Shown piece after piece: positions 16,756 to 24,111 of a stretch of DNA of 32,000 nucleotides. Every line of letters starts with the position of its first letter. Position 1 is the first letter of the stretch. The notes beneath the pieces were generated by a model. It did not search any database. It worked only from the letters and a program-made list of their open reading frames with translations, and was not told where the DNA came from. The stretch is taken from assembly GCA_036495715.1 (NCBI GenBank), contig DASXML010000051.1:38745-70744 (forward strand), given 5' to 3'. This DNA comes from Scandinavium sp. (GTDB taxonomy: Bacteria > Pseudomonadota > Gammaproteobacteria > Enterobacterales > Enterobacteriaceae). The position numbers and the translations under genes are program-made.

Positions 16756-17973
16756 TTAGTGTGACACCTTCCTGGCCTGAAGAATGACGACAATATCCGT
16801 TTTGTATTTTTCCGTACTTTTTGTCGCGAACCACGACGGCATAAAGGTTAATCCCGTATCGGTATCAGTCGTCTTGTTTTCCGCCAGACCGCCGATAAGA
16901 ATGATATCGCCATCCTTCACAGATACCGCCGTCTGTATGCTGCGCTTTATCAGCGTTGGCGAATTGTTCACGCCCGTGTTTGTCTTCGCAAAGTTCGACA
17001 GTTCCTGACTGATGTTCAAATCAATAACGTCGGAACGCACCCACGGCTGCACGTTAAAAATCACGCCGCTGGAACGGTATTCAACGGACTGCACGGCCTT
17101 GTCGCCTTCATACGAGACGTTCCCCAGCACGGGAACATCTTCCCCGACGGAAAACGACGCCTGCGTGCCGGATCGCGCCCTGAGCGATGGCGAGCTGACA
17201 ACATGAAAGCGGCTGTCGGTTCTGAACAGCTCATACAGTGCGGTGAGGCTCCCCGAACTGAACTTGATGAAGTTCTGATAGCCCGCTTCACCCGTGCCGC
17301 CAATCTGGATCGAAAGCTTTTCATTAAGTAACTTTGCCGCCAGTGCCAGACCGGATCCATTTCGTTCATTGGTCTGCACCTCAAAGACATATCCGCCCAC
17401 GTAAACCTCAGAGGTTGGCGTATCCACTGACGGTAACAACTGCTCTATTTTGCGGATATCCGCCCGCGAGCCGTAAAACACCAGAACATCGCCGTCCCCG
17501 TTGATATTACCGGTTCTGGCAACGGCGGGCTGAAGCGTTGCCCCCTGCACCGATTCCGCACCGGAAACGGATCCGAAATCCCCGCCGACGATCCCGCGCA
17601 GAAGGCCGGAAAGATACGCGACGCTGCGGTGTTTTGGCGCATAGACAAAGCTGAATTTCGGCTCAATGACCTGTTTTGGCGTCACCGGGAAAATATAGTC
17701 AACGCCCCCTTTCTGGCTTATCGCGATGTTCATATTCTGGAGATAACGGGCAAAAAACTGTTTTGCGTCGGTCTGCTCCGTGATGTGGAACGACACGATA
17801 CGCGGATCTGCCGCCAGTTCCGGAGCCAGCATAAAGGGCTGTTTCAGCACATCAGCGTAAAAAAAGGTGATGGCCTTCGGGAGCTGCATCGCGTCAAGAC
17901 GAAAATCCACGCTAACCGCCATCGCGGACAGGCTGAACAGACTCAGCAGGCAGGACAAAAGTAACTTTTTCAT
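16756..17973 (-). CDS. Inovirus pIV-type secretin
   Basis: Signal peptide MKKLLLSCLLSLFSLSAMA. The C-terminal secretin-like region includes GEDVPVLGNV and DGDIILIGGL. ATGA overlap with the Zot/pI-like gene. Confidence 0.85.
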   Translation of the reverse strand: MKKLLLSCLLSLFSLSAMAVSVDFRLDAMQLPKAITFFYADVLKQPFMLAPELAADPRIVSFHITEQTDAKQFFARYLQNMNIAISQKGGVDYIFPVTPKQVIEPKFSFVYAPKHRSVAYLSGLLRGIVGGDFGSVSGAESVQGATLQPAVARTGNINGDGDVLVFYGSRADIRKIEQLLPSVDTPTSEVYVGGYVFEVQTNERNGSGLALAAKLLNEKLSIQIGGTGEAGYQNFIKFSSGSLTALYELFRTDSRFHVVSSPSLRARSGTQASFSVGEDVPVLGNVSYEGDKAVQSVEYRSSGVIFNVQPWVRSDVIDLNISQELSNFAKTNTGVNNSPTLIKRSIQTAVSVKDGDIILIGGLAENKTTDTDTGLTFMPSWFATKSTEKYKTDIVVILQARKVSH

Positions 17974-19007
17974 GATTTATCACCGCTGAAATAAGAGACG
18001 ATTTCACCGTCAACGATGCCATTCAGCATCATGCCGTCATTTGAAAATCCCGCACGGGATACCATGCGGTTAAGCCCGGATGCATCAGTGAGCACCACAT
18101 AGCTTTTACCTTCCCGGCTTAGCGTCCCGTTGACGCGCCAGCGCTTCGACAGTGACGGTTTCGCGGGTTCCGGTTGGACATTCTGCATTCCCTGAGACAC
18201 GACAGCGCCGGGTGGCAAAGTCCCCTGGCTGTCCGCCAAAGTTACTTTTTTATCGGACCCGGCTGAATGAAAAAACGACGTGATGACATAAGCGGATCCG
18301 CACATACACATAATGATGATGGTGAACAGCACCCAGAGTTTCTTTTGCTTAAAAATATTCTGGCGGTCATCCACGGTCTGCTCATTGCCCTGCCCGCCAT
18401 AATGCGAGTGATACAGCCCGTAAATTTCATCCTCAAATTTATTCTGGTAACTGGTAATTTTCGACGACTTAAATAATTTAGCCCCGGCAAACACGTCCAC
18501 CCTGTAGCGTTTTTTCAGCCCCAGCGAAACGTGTTTCTGCATTCTGTACGTGGTCTCAATTCGCGTTTTGATAAAACGGGCAATGGAATCCAGACTCTGG
18601 TTAATCACCACAATATCGCAGGTGGTCGCCGTTTCAGCATCGGACATATGGCGGTGTTCAGCGAAAAAGGCGCGGTGCTCTTTACACAGGCTTTTATCCG
18701 CATCCCAGAACCGCCAGGCTTCATCAATACAGATTAAATCCCCGTGCTGACAAAACGTCTGCTCAGCATCCTTGTACGGTAAAAAGTTTTTATCCGTCAC
18801 CTGATCGTTGCTGACGTGAATGATTTCCCCGAGCGTATTCAGGTCTTTGCTATTGCGACGGGCATAATCAGAAAAGTTACTTTCGTTCACGCCGTCGATA
18901 TTGGTCACAATACGTCTGCCCGACAGATACGCCGGAAGAATAACCGACTTGACGACCTCATACGATTTTCCGTGACCGGGAATACCAATATATGCAGAAA
19001 TTGCCAT
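17970..19007 (-). CDS. Zot / pI-type assembly ATPase
   Basis: N-terminal Walker A in MAISAYIGIPGHGKSYEVV, a central TM segment (LWVLFTIIIMCMCGSAYVITSFF), and the expected position between pVI and pIV. Confidence 0.9.
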   Translation of the reverse strand: MAISAYIGIPGHGKSYEVVKSVILPAYLSGRRIVTNIDGVNESNFSDYARRNSKDLNTLGEIIHVSNDQVTDKNFLPYKDAEQTFCQHGDLICIDEAWRFWDADKSLCKEHRAFFAEHRHMSDAETATTCDIVVINQSLDSIARFIKTRIETTYRMQKHVSLGLKKRYRVDVFAGAKLFKSSKITSYQNKFEDEIYGLYHSHYGGQGNEQTVDDRQNIFKQKKLWVLFTIIIMCMCGSAYVITSFFHSAGSDKKVTLADSQGTLPPGAVVSQGMQNVQPEPAKPSLSKRWRVNGTLSREGKSYVVLTDASGLNRMVSRAGFSNDGMMLNGIVDGEIVSYFSGDKS

Positions 19008-19009
19008 GA

Positions 19010-19297
19010 TTAACCTATTACCGGAAGACGACGAATAATAAACCGGGTAAACATTGCGCTGAATACCAGGGGGATCCCGATATCGGCTTTAAAGTAATAC
19101 AGGAAAAACCACATTCCGTCCGGCAGCAGATTAAACAGCCCGGCAATATCGCCAGACTGCGGCAATCTGTCCGCCACCACGGAGAAAAGTTCCTTTACGG
19201 CAAAAAAGAGCGTGGTGAATAACACAAACTTTAATACCGCCCCTCTTAACAGATACGCCAGAACGGCATTAAACGCAGAAACAAGAATGCCAAACAT
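19010..19297 (-). CDS. pVI / Ace-like minor coat protein
   Basis: 95 aa and very hydrophobic. The C-terminus MFTRFIIRRLPVIG resembles the Ace C-terminus as I recall it. Correct position. Confidence 0.65.
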   Translation of the reverse strand: MFGILVSAFNAVLAYLLRGAVLKFVLFTTLFFAVKELFSVVADRLPQSGDIAGLFNLLPDGMWFFLYYFKADIGIPLVFSAMFTRFIIRRLPVIG

Positions 19298-19304
19298 ATG
19301 TCAC

Positions 19305-20648
19305 CTATGCACTGAGCACCACACGAAGCGCCACAATTGCCCAAATAAGCGTTGAAACGACTTTTGCAATATCCCGTAATTTTTCAAGTAACAGGCACTG
19401 TGAATCAATGGTGATTTCCGTTCCAAATATCTGGAAACTGCCCGTCGGACATACTGAGGCATGGCCTTCCAGCTTCATATTATCGATCCACGACAGCGGT
19501 GAAATAACCGGAGCCATTATCTGTCTGGCCGTGGGGACATCATCAATATCGGGCGCTTTAATATCCGGGTTCTCACCTAAATCAATTGAGGGCTTATCAG
19601 ATGTCGCTACTTTATTGGGAATATTCACCGTCCCGTCTGCTTTAAACGCCGAATCAAACAGGGATGATTTACTGACGGACGTATTATCTTTCGCCAGAAG
19701 CTGTTTAATTTCATTTGCCGTAATCGCATCCGTATCGGCGAACGGCACACCGTCATAGCCCGTCTGTGTAGCCGCATCATGCATCAAATCATTCATGGCC
19801 TGCGCCAGCACATCCGCCTTCACCTCTGTCTGGCCTGCAACCTGCTGTAATGCTTCTGCCGTCGTCAGCACAGACGCGCCCAGAGACGGCAGCGTTTCCC
19901 CGTCCTTTAACGTGCGCTGATAATTGTAAATCGTCACCTGCGTTGCCCCGGTCTGGCCGTTGGGAGAATACCAGCGCTCGGACGTACTGTTCACGCTTGC
20001 CCAGTTCTTAAAGACAGGCTCATCGGTCAGGGAATAAATGTTATACGTACTGCCCGTGGTTGTTTTCGTAAACGCCGGAAGATACGGCATCCCGCGCACA
20101 TCGCGCCCGGCGGTGTCCTTCATGTAAACCAGTTTACCATCCCAGAACTTCAGTTCGCCGATACCCGCCGACTCAGGCGAACGATAAACCGGAACCGGCG
20201 AAAAAGGGACTTTTGTATCCGTGCCGTCAACGGTGACGGTATAACTCCCGTCGGAACTGGCCTCACCGTTCACCATTTTCACGGCATCATCAAACACGTC
20301 GCCAAACAGCTGCGTCACCGTGTACGCGGTTCCTGCCGTATTCAGTCCTGCCCAGGTGGCCTTACCTGCTTTTGACAGAAAAGAAGACTTCGGAACCAGC
20401 AGTTCCCGCGCCAGTGCGGCTTTATTGACGTTCTGTATGGTTGCGGCCGCAACCTGTCGGGTAAACGCAATATCCGCCGCCTGCTCTGCCGCATAAATGG
20501 CCGAACGTCGGGCAATCACTGAACCGAATAATTCACCCAGTCCGATTAACACCGGATTGGCATAAGCAAGTCGCGGAAATGAACCGTAAGCGATCATAAC
20601 ACAGGTGAAATACACAATTAGCCGTTTAAGCCCTGAATTACCGCCCAT
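19305..20648 (-). CDS. pIII-like receptor-binding/adsorption protein
   Basis: ATG at 20648 gives the signal peptide MGGNSGLKRLIVYFTCVMIAYGSFPRLAYA/NP, and there is a C-terminal membrane anchor (VVSTLIWAIVALRVVLSA). The listed GTG at 20738 would read through the gVIII terminator. Confidence 0.7.
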   Translation of the reverse strand: MGGNSGLKRLIVYFTCVMIAYGSFPRLAYANPVLIGLGELFGSVIARRSAIYAAEQAADIAFTRQVAAATIQNVNKAALARELLVPKSSFLSKAGKATWAGLNTAGTAYTVTQLFGDVFDDAVKMVNGEASSDGSYTVTVDGTDTKVPFSPVPVYRSPESAGIGELKFWDGKLVYMKDTAGRDVRGMPYLPAFTKTTTGSTYNIYSLTDEPVFKNWASVNSTSERWYSPNGQTGATQVTIYNYQRTLKDGETLPSLGASVLTTAEALQQVAGQTEVKADVLAQAMNDLMHDAATQTGYDGVPFADTDAITANEIKQLLAKDNTSVSKSSLFDSAFKADGTVNIPNKVATSDKPSIDLGENPDIKAPDIDDVPTARQIMAPVISPLSWIDNMKLEGHASVCPTGSFQIFGTEITIDSQCLLLEKLRDIAKVVSTLIWAIVALRVVLSA

Positions 20649-20699
20649 GCACACAATAACCCCCAGAGAAATACAACGAGATCGACCATTTCCGGCACC

Positions 20700-20733
20700 A
20701 TAAATAAAGGGAGGATAATGATTACCCTCCCTT
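20700..20733 (-). terminator. Rho-independent terminator directly after the major coat gene
   Basis: The minus strand reads AAGGGAGG-GTAATCATTAT-CCTCCCTT followed by TATTTAT. The stems are at 20707-20714 and 20726-20733. Confidence 0.7.
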
Positions 20734-20752
20734 TTCACTTTTATTGTTGTTA

Positions 20753-20986
20753 TTACGCCGAACGCACCATACGCAGTACGTGTTTCACGCCAGCAAAGAG
20801 CGCATACAGCCCGGCGACCGCTGCCGCAATACCCAGAATCGCCGTACCCACATCACCAAAATCAATTGCGCCTGTCAGTGCGGTGAGATCGAATTTACTG
20901 GTGCCTTCCGCCGCCATGACGGACGGTGCAGTAACAGCAGAGACAGCGGCCAGTGCAACCAAAGTTACTTTTTTCTTGATGGACAT
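20753..20986 (-). CDS. Major coat protein (pVIII / Cep-like)
   Basis: Signal peptide ending VMA/AEG. The mature ~52 aa has an acidic N-terminus, a hydrophobic core (VGTAILGIAAAVAGLYALFAGV) and a basic C-terminus (KHVLRMVRSA). Confidence 0.85.
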   Translation of the reverse strand: MSIKKKVTLVALAAVSAVTAPSVMAAEGTSKFDLTALTGAIDFGDVGTAILGIAAAVAGLYALFAGVKHVLRMVRSA

Positions 20987-20995
20987 ATTTTCACC

Positions 20996-21193
20996 TTATA
21001 CATTTTTGATAAAACGTAATACCGTACCCACTCCCAGAGAGAATAAATAAAGCGATATTACCGAGGTAAACGCAACGCCCCAGACCTTACCTAAATAAGC
21101 GTAATCAATACTGTCTGGCGCATTGCCTGTTAACGTTAAAGAAATTTGCTGGCAGACCTGCGCAGCGTCACACACCGTTCCGGTGATATCCAT
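20996..21193 (-). CDS. Minor coat protein (pVII/pIX position)
   Basis: 65 aa with a single C-terminal TM segment (VWGVAFTSVISLYLFSLGVGTVL), located between the ssDNA-binding and major coat genes. Confidence 0.5.
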   Translation of the reverse strand: MDITGTVCDAAQVCQQISLTLTGNAPDSIDYAYLGKVWGVAFTSVISLYLFSLGVGTVLRFIKNV

Positions 21194-21208
21194 TATTTCA
21201 CTGTGTGA

Positions 21209-21496
21209 TTATTTGGTGTTTTCAGAAACCGGAACCAGCTTAATGTTTTTTACTTTTAATGCGCCGAAATCGCCCACATCAAAAGACGCATTATCCAGCG
21301 TATAAAAACCTGCCGGATAAGGTGCGGCATCTTTATCCAGACTGATAACAAACTGCTTCGGGTAAACACCGCCGTTATAAATATAGGCAATCTGCTCGCG
21401 GAAATTTAATACCTCCCCGGTTTGTTTGGATGTTACCTGTTTAGTGCGGACTTTACCATCGACATCGTTAATTTCAATCTTGACCACATTCACCAT
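21209..21496 (-). CDS. Gene V-type ssDNA-binding protein
   Basis: Collinear with M13 gVp as I recall it. YPKQFVISLDKDAAPYPAGFYTLDNASFDVGDFGALKVKNIKLVP compares with YPVLVKITLDEGQPAYAPGLYTVHLSSFKVGQFGSLMIDRLRLVP. Confidence 0.85.
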   Translation of the reverse strand: MVNVVKIEINDVDGKVRTKQVTSKQTGEVLNFREQIAYIYNGGVYPKQFVISLDKDAAPYPAGFYTLDNASFDVGDFGALKVKNIKLVPVSENTK

Positions 21497-21512
21497 GATT
21501 ATTTCCTTTCAT

Positions 21513-22640
21513 TTAAAACGGGCATTTTCCCGTCTGGAGTTTTTCATTGAGTAACGTCTGGTAAACCGGAGGGATATCCAGACTTAATTTCGCATTAATT
21601 AAATGTTCTTCCCGCACTATCATTGATATGACGGTCTTAATATCGCCTTCAAAGAAATGAAAGACTTTCGCTATCGTTGACGATGCCTGATTACGTAACC
21701 ATCTGACTTTTGCTTCAATCGTATCGACGGCCTTACGTCCAAATAGTTTTGGAATGGAATATGGTGCAACAGGGCTTATTTGTGCAGCATACGCACACAG
21801 CCCCACATATATCCCGGCAATATTCAGCAGCACATCAACCGACACGCCTTTTAATTCCACTTCTGAACGGTACCAGATACCGGAAACCTTTTGTTCCAGC
21901 GCCTTGTTATAAATTCGCCAGTAAACGCGGGACTGACGGGAACCCACCGTCAGGATCTCTTTTGTCAGACAACCATTGGCATCACGGCCACGGGATTCAT
22001 CAATTTTGGGTTTCGGACCCGCTCCGCCGTAAAAGGCATCATCGGAGTACGCCGAACTGGCGGCATCACAGGTATAGATACCATCGTAATCGTCGGTCGC
22101 CAGGTCAATACGCTTGAGCGTGTAAATATCCAGATGCTGAAGCCATTTGTGGATCTTCTGCGGGGTCGTCCCGCTGAATACGTGGGCGCAGCCCTTGCCG
22201 GTGATCTGCACGTAGAACGTGTCTTTATTCCCGCCCCAGAACAGCTTGCCGTAAAACTCGCTGCCGCCCTCTTCACTGTACAGCACGGCGGAATCTTCAT
22301 ACGCAAATCCACCTTTTCCCAGCGAGGGACCGACGGCCAGACCAAACACGGCGGCGATCCACGTCTTTAAACGCGAGTGGTAACAGGCATACAAATCCAT
22401 GGCGAGCTGGCATTTTTGCTCTTCGGTCATGCCTTCATCGTCGGATCCGGGCAGATCGTCATACCCTTCAGAACAGGCATAAACACTTGAATGCTTATAG
22501 TGCCGATAGGACGGCAGATACTGGAATTTACGCCATTCAAAGCCCTGCTCCGGGAACGTATGCACGGACTTCATAACCGAAAGCGGCGCAGTGAAGGCCA
22601 GCCAGTCAGTAATGACGTAGCGTTCAGCTGCATCAGCCAT
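21513..22640 (-). CDS. Rolling-circle replication initiator (Rep_trans / RstA-like)
   Basis: Motifs RIDLATDDYDG, VYWRIYNKALE and YRSEVELKG fit the Rep_trans family. ATG at 22640 gives an ATGGCTGA overlap with the upstream small ORF, whereas the listed TTG at 22679 overlaps it by 47 nt. Confidence 0.75.
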   Translation of the reverse strand: MADAAERYVITDWLAFTAPLSVMKSVHTFPEQGFEWRKFQYLPSYRHYKHSSVYACSEGYDDLPGSDDEGMTEEQKCQLAMDLYACYHSRLKTWIAAVFGLAVGPSLGKGGFAYEDSAVLYSEEGGSEFYGKLFWGGNKDTFYVQITGKGCAHVFSGTTPQKIHKWLQHLDIYTLKRIDLATDDYDGIYTCDAASSAYSDDAFYGGAGPKPKIDESRGRDANGCLTKEILTVGSRQSRVYWRIYNKALEQKVSGIWYRSEVELKGVSVDVLLNIAGIYVGLCAYAAQISPVAPYSIPKLFGRKAVDTIEAKVRWLRNQASSTIAKVFHFFEGDIKTVISMIVREEHLINAKLSLDIPPVYQTLLNEKLQTGKCPF

Positions 22641-22827
22641 TGAGCGACTCCCGATAGCCGGTGAACTGACCCGAAGCAATCACCGTTGTCGCCAGCAGAA
22701 AATCATCGCCAAAATGCAGGTGGCATTCTTTGATCAACTCATCGAACGAATGGAAGAAATCCCACTCAGGTCCGACCTGAGCGTTGATGCCACAGTTTTC
22801 GAGAAAATCAAAGTAGACGATGTTCAT
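22633..22827 (-). CDS. Small acidic protein (64 aa), first gene of the inovirus minus-strand operon
   Basis: ATG start, translationally coupled to the Rep gene. No family recognised. Confidence 0.5.
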   Translation of the reverse strand: MNIVYFDFLENCGINAQVGPEWDFFHSFDELIKECHLHFGDDFLLATTVIASGQFTGYRESLNG

Positions 22828-22924
22828 ATGCCCTCAATTGCAAGATGAAAGACCTGACAAAAGCCGACCACATCAAAAATAACACATGAGTTCATTAGCT
22901 TTTTCGATTACAAACATACATTAC

Positions 22925-22940
22925 TGAACATGTGAGTTCA
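22925..22940. promoter_or_regulatory. Inverted repeat TGAAC-ATGTGA-GTTCA; a candidate operator in the divergent control region
   Basis: Read directly from the sequence. Related GTTCA half-sites occur at 22885-22895 (CATGAGTTCAT) and 22959-22966 (ATGTTCAT). Confidence 0.4.
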
Positions 22941-22951
22941 AGAGGCCTTGA

Positions 22952-22978
22952 TTGATAATGTTCATGAGCGGATATAAT
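22952..22978 (+). promoter_or_regulatory. Candidate sigma-70 promoter for the plus-strand regulator operon (TTGATA, N15, TATAAT)
   Basis: -35 at 22952-22957 and a consensus -10 at 22973-22978. The spacer is short at 15 nt. The start codon is at 23010 with GGAG upstream. Confidence 0.45.
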
Positions 22979-23009
22979 TGAATGAAATTGCACTTATGGA
23001 GCGTAAGAG

Positions 23010-23192
23010 ATGGCAAAACGCATGACTTACAACGTGACAGAAGAACGAAAGATGAAGCTGGAACGACTGGCGATTAATACCAGCGTTAAATTAGGAAAAA
23101 CAATCACATGGACTGAATTGCTGGGATATCTGATTGATAATTATGCAAAAGACGCTGCTGACGATCTAATGTCAAGCAGACAAAAGACATAA
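23010..23192 (+). CDS. Small ribbon-helix-helix-like regulator (RstR-equivalent position)
   Basis: 60 aa. MTYNVTEERKMKLERLAINTSVKLGKTITWTELLGYLIDNY fits a beta-strand plus two helices (RHH) pattern. It is divergent from the Rep operon. Confidence 0.5.
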   Translation: MAKRMTYNVTEERKMKLERLAINTSVKLGKTITWTELLGYLIDNYAKDAADDLMSSRQKT

Positions 23193-23216
23193 TAAAACAG
23201 ACATGGGTTCCACAGT

Positions 23217-23483
23217 ATGAACGTGCCGTTGAAAGCAACTATAAGACTAAAAAAGCAAGAATCTGCAGAACTACAAGATCTGGCGTTTTCATTGAATAAA
23301 GAAGCACTTAAATACGATCAAAAGCGCTATTTCACTGAGTCTGACCTTGTTCACTTCGTGCTGGAGAACACGCTGGGTTGTGTGGAAGTCACCCATGGCG
23401 GCTACCTTAGCCTTAACCGTGAAAAAATGGCCGAGGTCATCACCGTACTGGAGACAAGAAACGGTGAAAGAGCTGCACGCTGA
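23217..23483 (+). CDS. Hypothetical small protein, possibly a second RHH-like regulator
   Basis: 88 aa. KATIRLKKQESAELQDLAFSLN...SDLVHFVLENTL. Confidence 0.4.
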   Translation: MNVPLKATIRLKKQESAELQDLAFSLNKEALKYDQKRYFTESDLVHFVLENTLGCVEVTHGGYLSLNREKMAEVITVLETRNGERAAR

Positions 23484-23601
23484 CGAACTGCAAAAAGTTT
23501 GATCGTAACGGTCGGAGCGCGCTTTATCCCGGAGTTATCCTGAGACTACCCCCGTAGTACATGACGGGGGTTTAACAGTGCCCTTCTTTGAGAGCGATGG
23601 A

Positions 23602-23928
23602 ATGAAGAGACGTAAACTCGATAAATGGCTTAAAAAATTCGAAGAGAAACACGGCGTAACAGCTGGCGATCCAAATGTCGTTGGCTATGCCCTGTTCAAC
23701 AAGGAAAAACGTGCATTCGTGAGCCTCACTGATGGTGATTACGAACCGACAGACATTTACACAGGCGATCTTGACGATGCCTTCCTGACTGACAACATGG
23801 GTGATGCCTTCAGTGTCATGATGGAACTGGAAGATTACGACAACATCAGCATTGTTCCGGTGATTTATAACGAGCTGTTTGGGATGACGGTGAAACCCGG
23901 CTCATTAGACACACATAATCAAGGTTGA
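23602..23928 (+). CDS. Hypothetical acidic protein (108 aa)
   Basis: ATG at 23602 is preferred over the listed GTG at 23578, which abuts the hairpin ACCCCCGT/ACGGGGGT at about 23548-23571. Confidence 0.45.
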   Translation: MKRRKLDKWLKKFEEKHGVTAGDPNVVGYALFNKEKRAFVSLTDGDYEPTDIYTGDLDDAFLTDNMGDAFSVMMELEDYDNISIVPVIYNELFGMTVKPGSLDTHNQG

Positions 23929-23936
23929 ATGGATTT

Positions 23937-24031
23937 GGTTCGCACAATGACGTTATGTGTAAATAGGCCGCTGCGGTGCTCGATTCTCGCAGCGGCCTAT
24001 TCAACATAACGCGTGCTACATTATGCGTACC
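23937..24031. repeat. Forked inverted repeat made of two dif-like sites; a candidate folded ssDNA attP remnant (CTXphi-type)
   Basis: Left arm 23937-23975. Right arm 23988-24031. Perfect 14-bp stem AATAGGCCGCTGCG/CGCAGCGGCCTATT with a 12-nt loop. Outer parts are XerD-arm-like and XerC-arm-like, with central regions of unequal length. Confidence 0.7.
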
Positions 24032-24111
24032 AATATTGTAACAGCAAAGTTGTAATGTCCGCCTATGGCTAAGTTAAGATGTCCGGCGTGTATAATCAAG
24101 TAAGGATTACC

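Larger units (their letters stand above)
13483..24031 (-). mobile_element. dif-integrated filamentous prophage (inovirus; a Xer-exploiting integrative element) with a cargo module
   Basis: Bounded by perfect dif on one side and by a forked pair of dif-like sites on the other. It contains a complete inovirus gene set and no integrase. Confidence 0.8.

Noticed and set aside
16509-16793. 94-aa Pro/Gly/Ser-rich minus-strand ORF overlapping the secretin stop
   Set aside because: There is no RBS, the composition is odd, and it overlaps the hairpins in the spacer. I treat the region as non-coding, although a short peptide cannot be excluded.
20649-20738. GTG-initiated 30-codon extension of the pIII-like gene
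   Set aside because: It would read through the terminator hairpin that follows the major coat gene. The internal ATG at 20648 yields a proper signal peptide.
21710-22370. Two plus-strand ORFs (135 and 159 aa) and a 126-aa minus-strand ORF within the Rep gene
   Set aside because: These are shadow frames of the Rep_trans-like gene, with Arg/Pro/His-rich junk composition.
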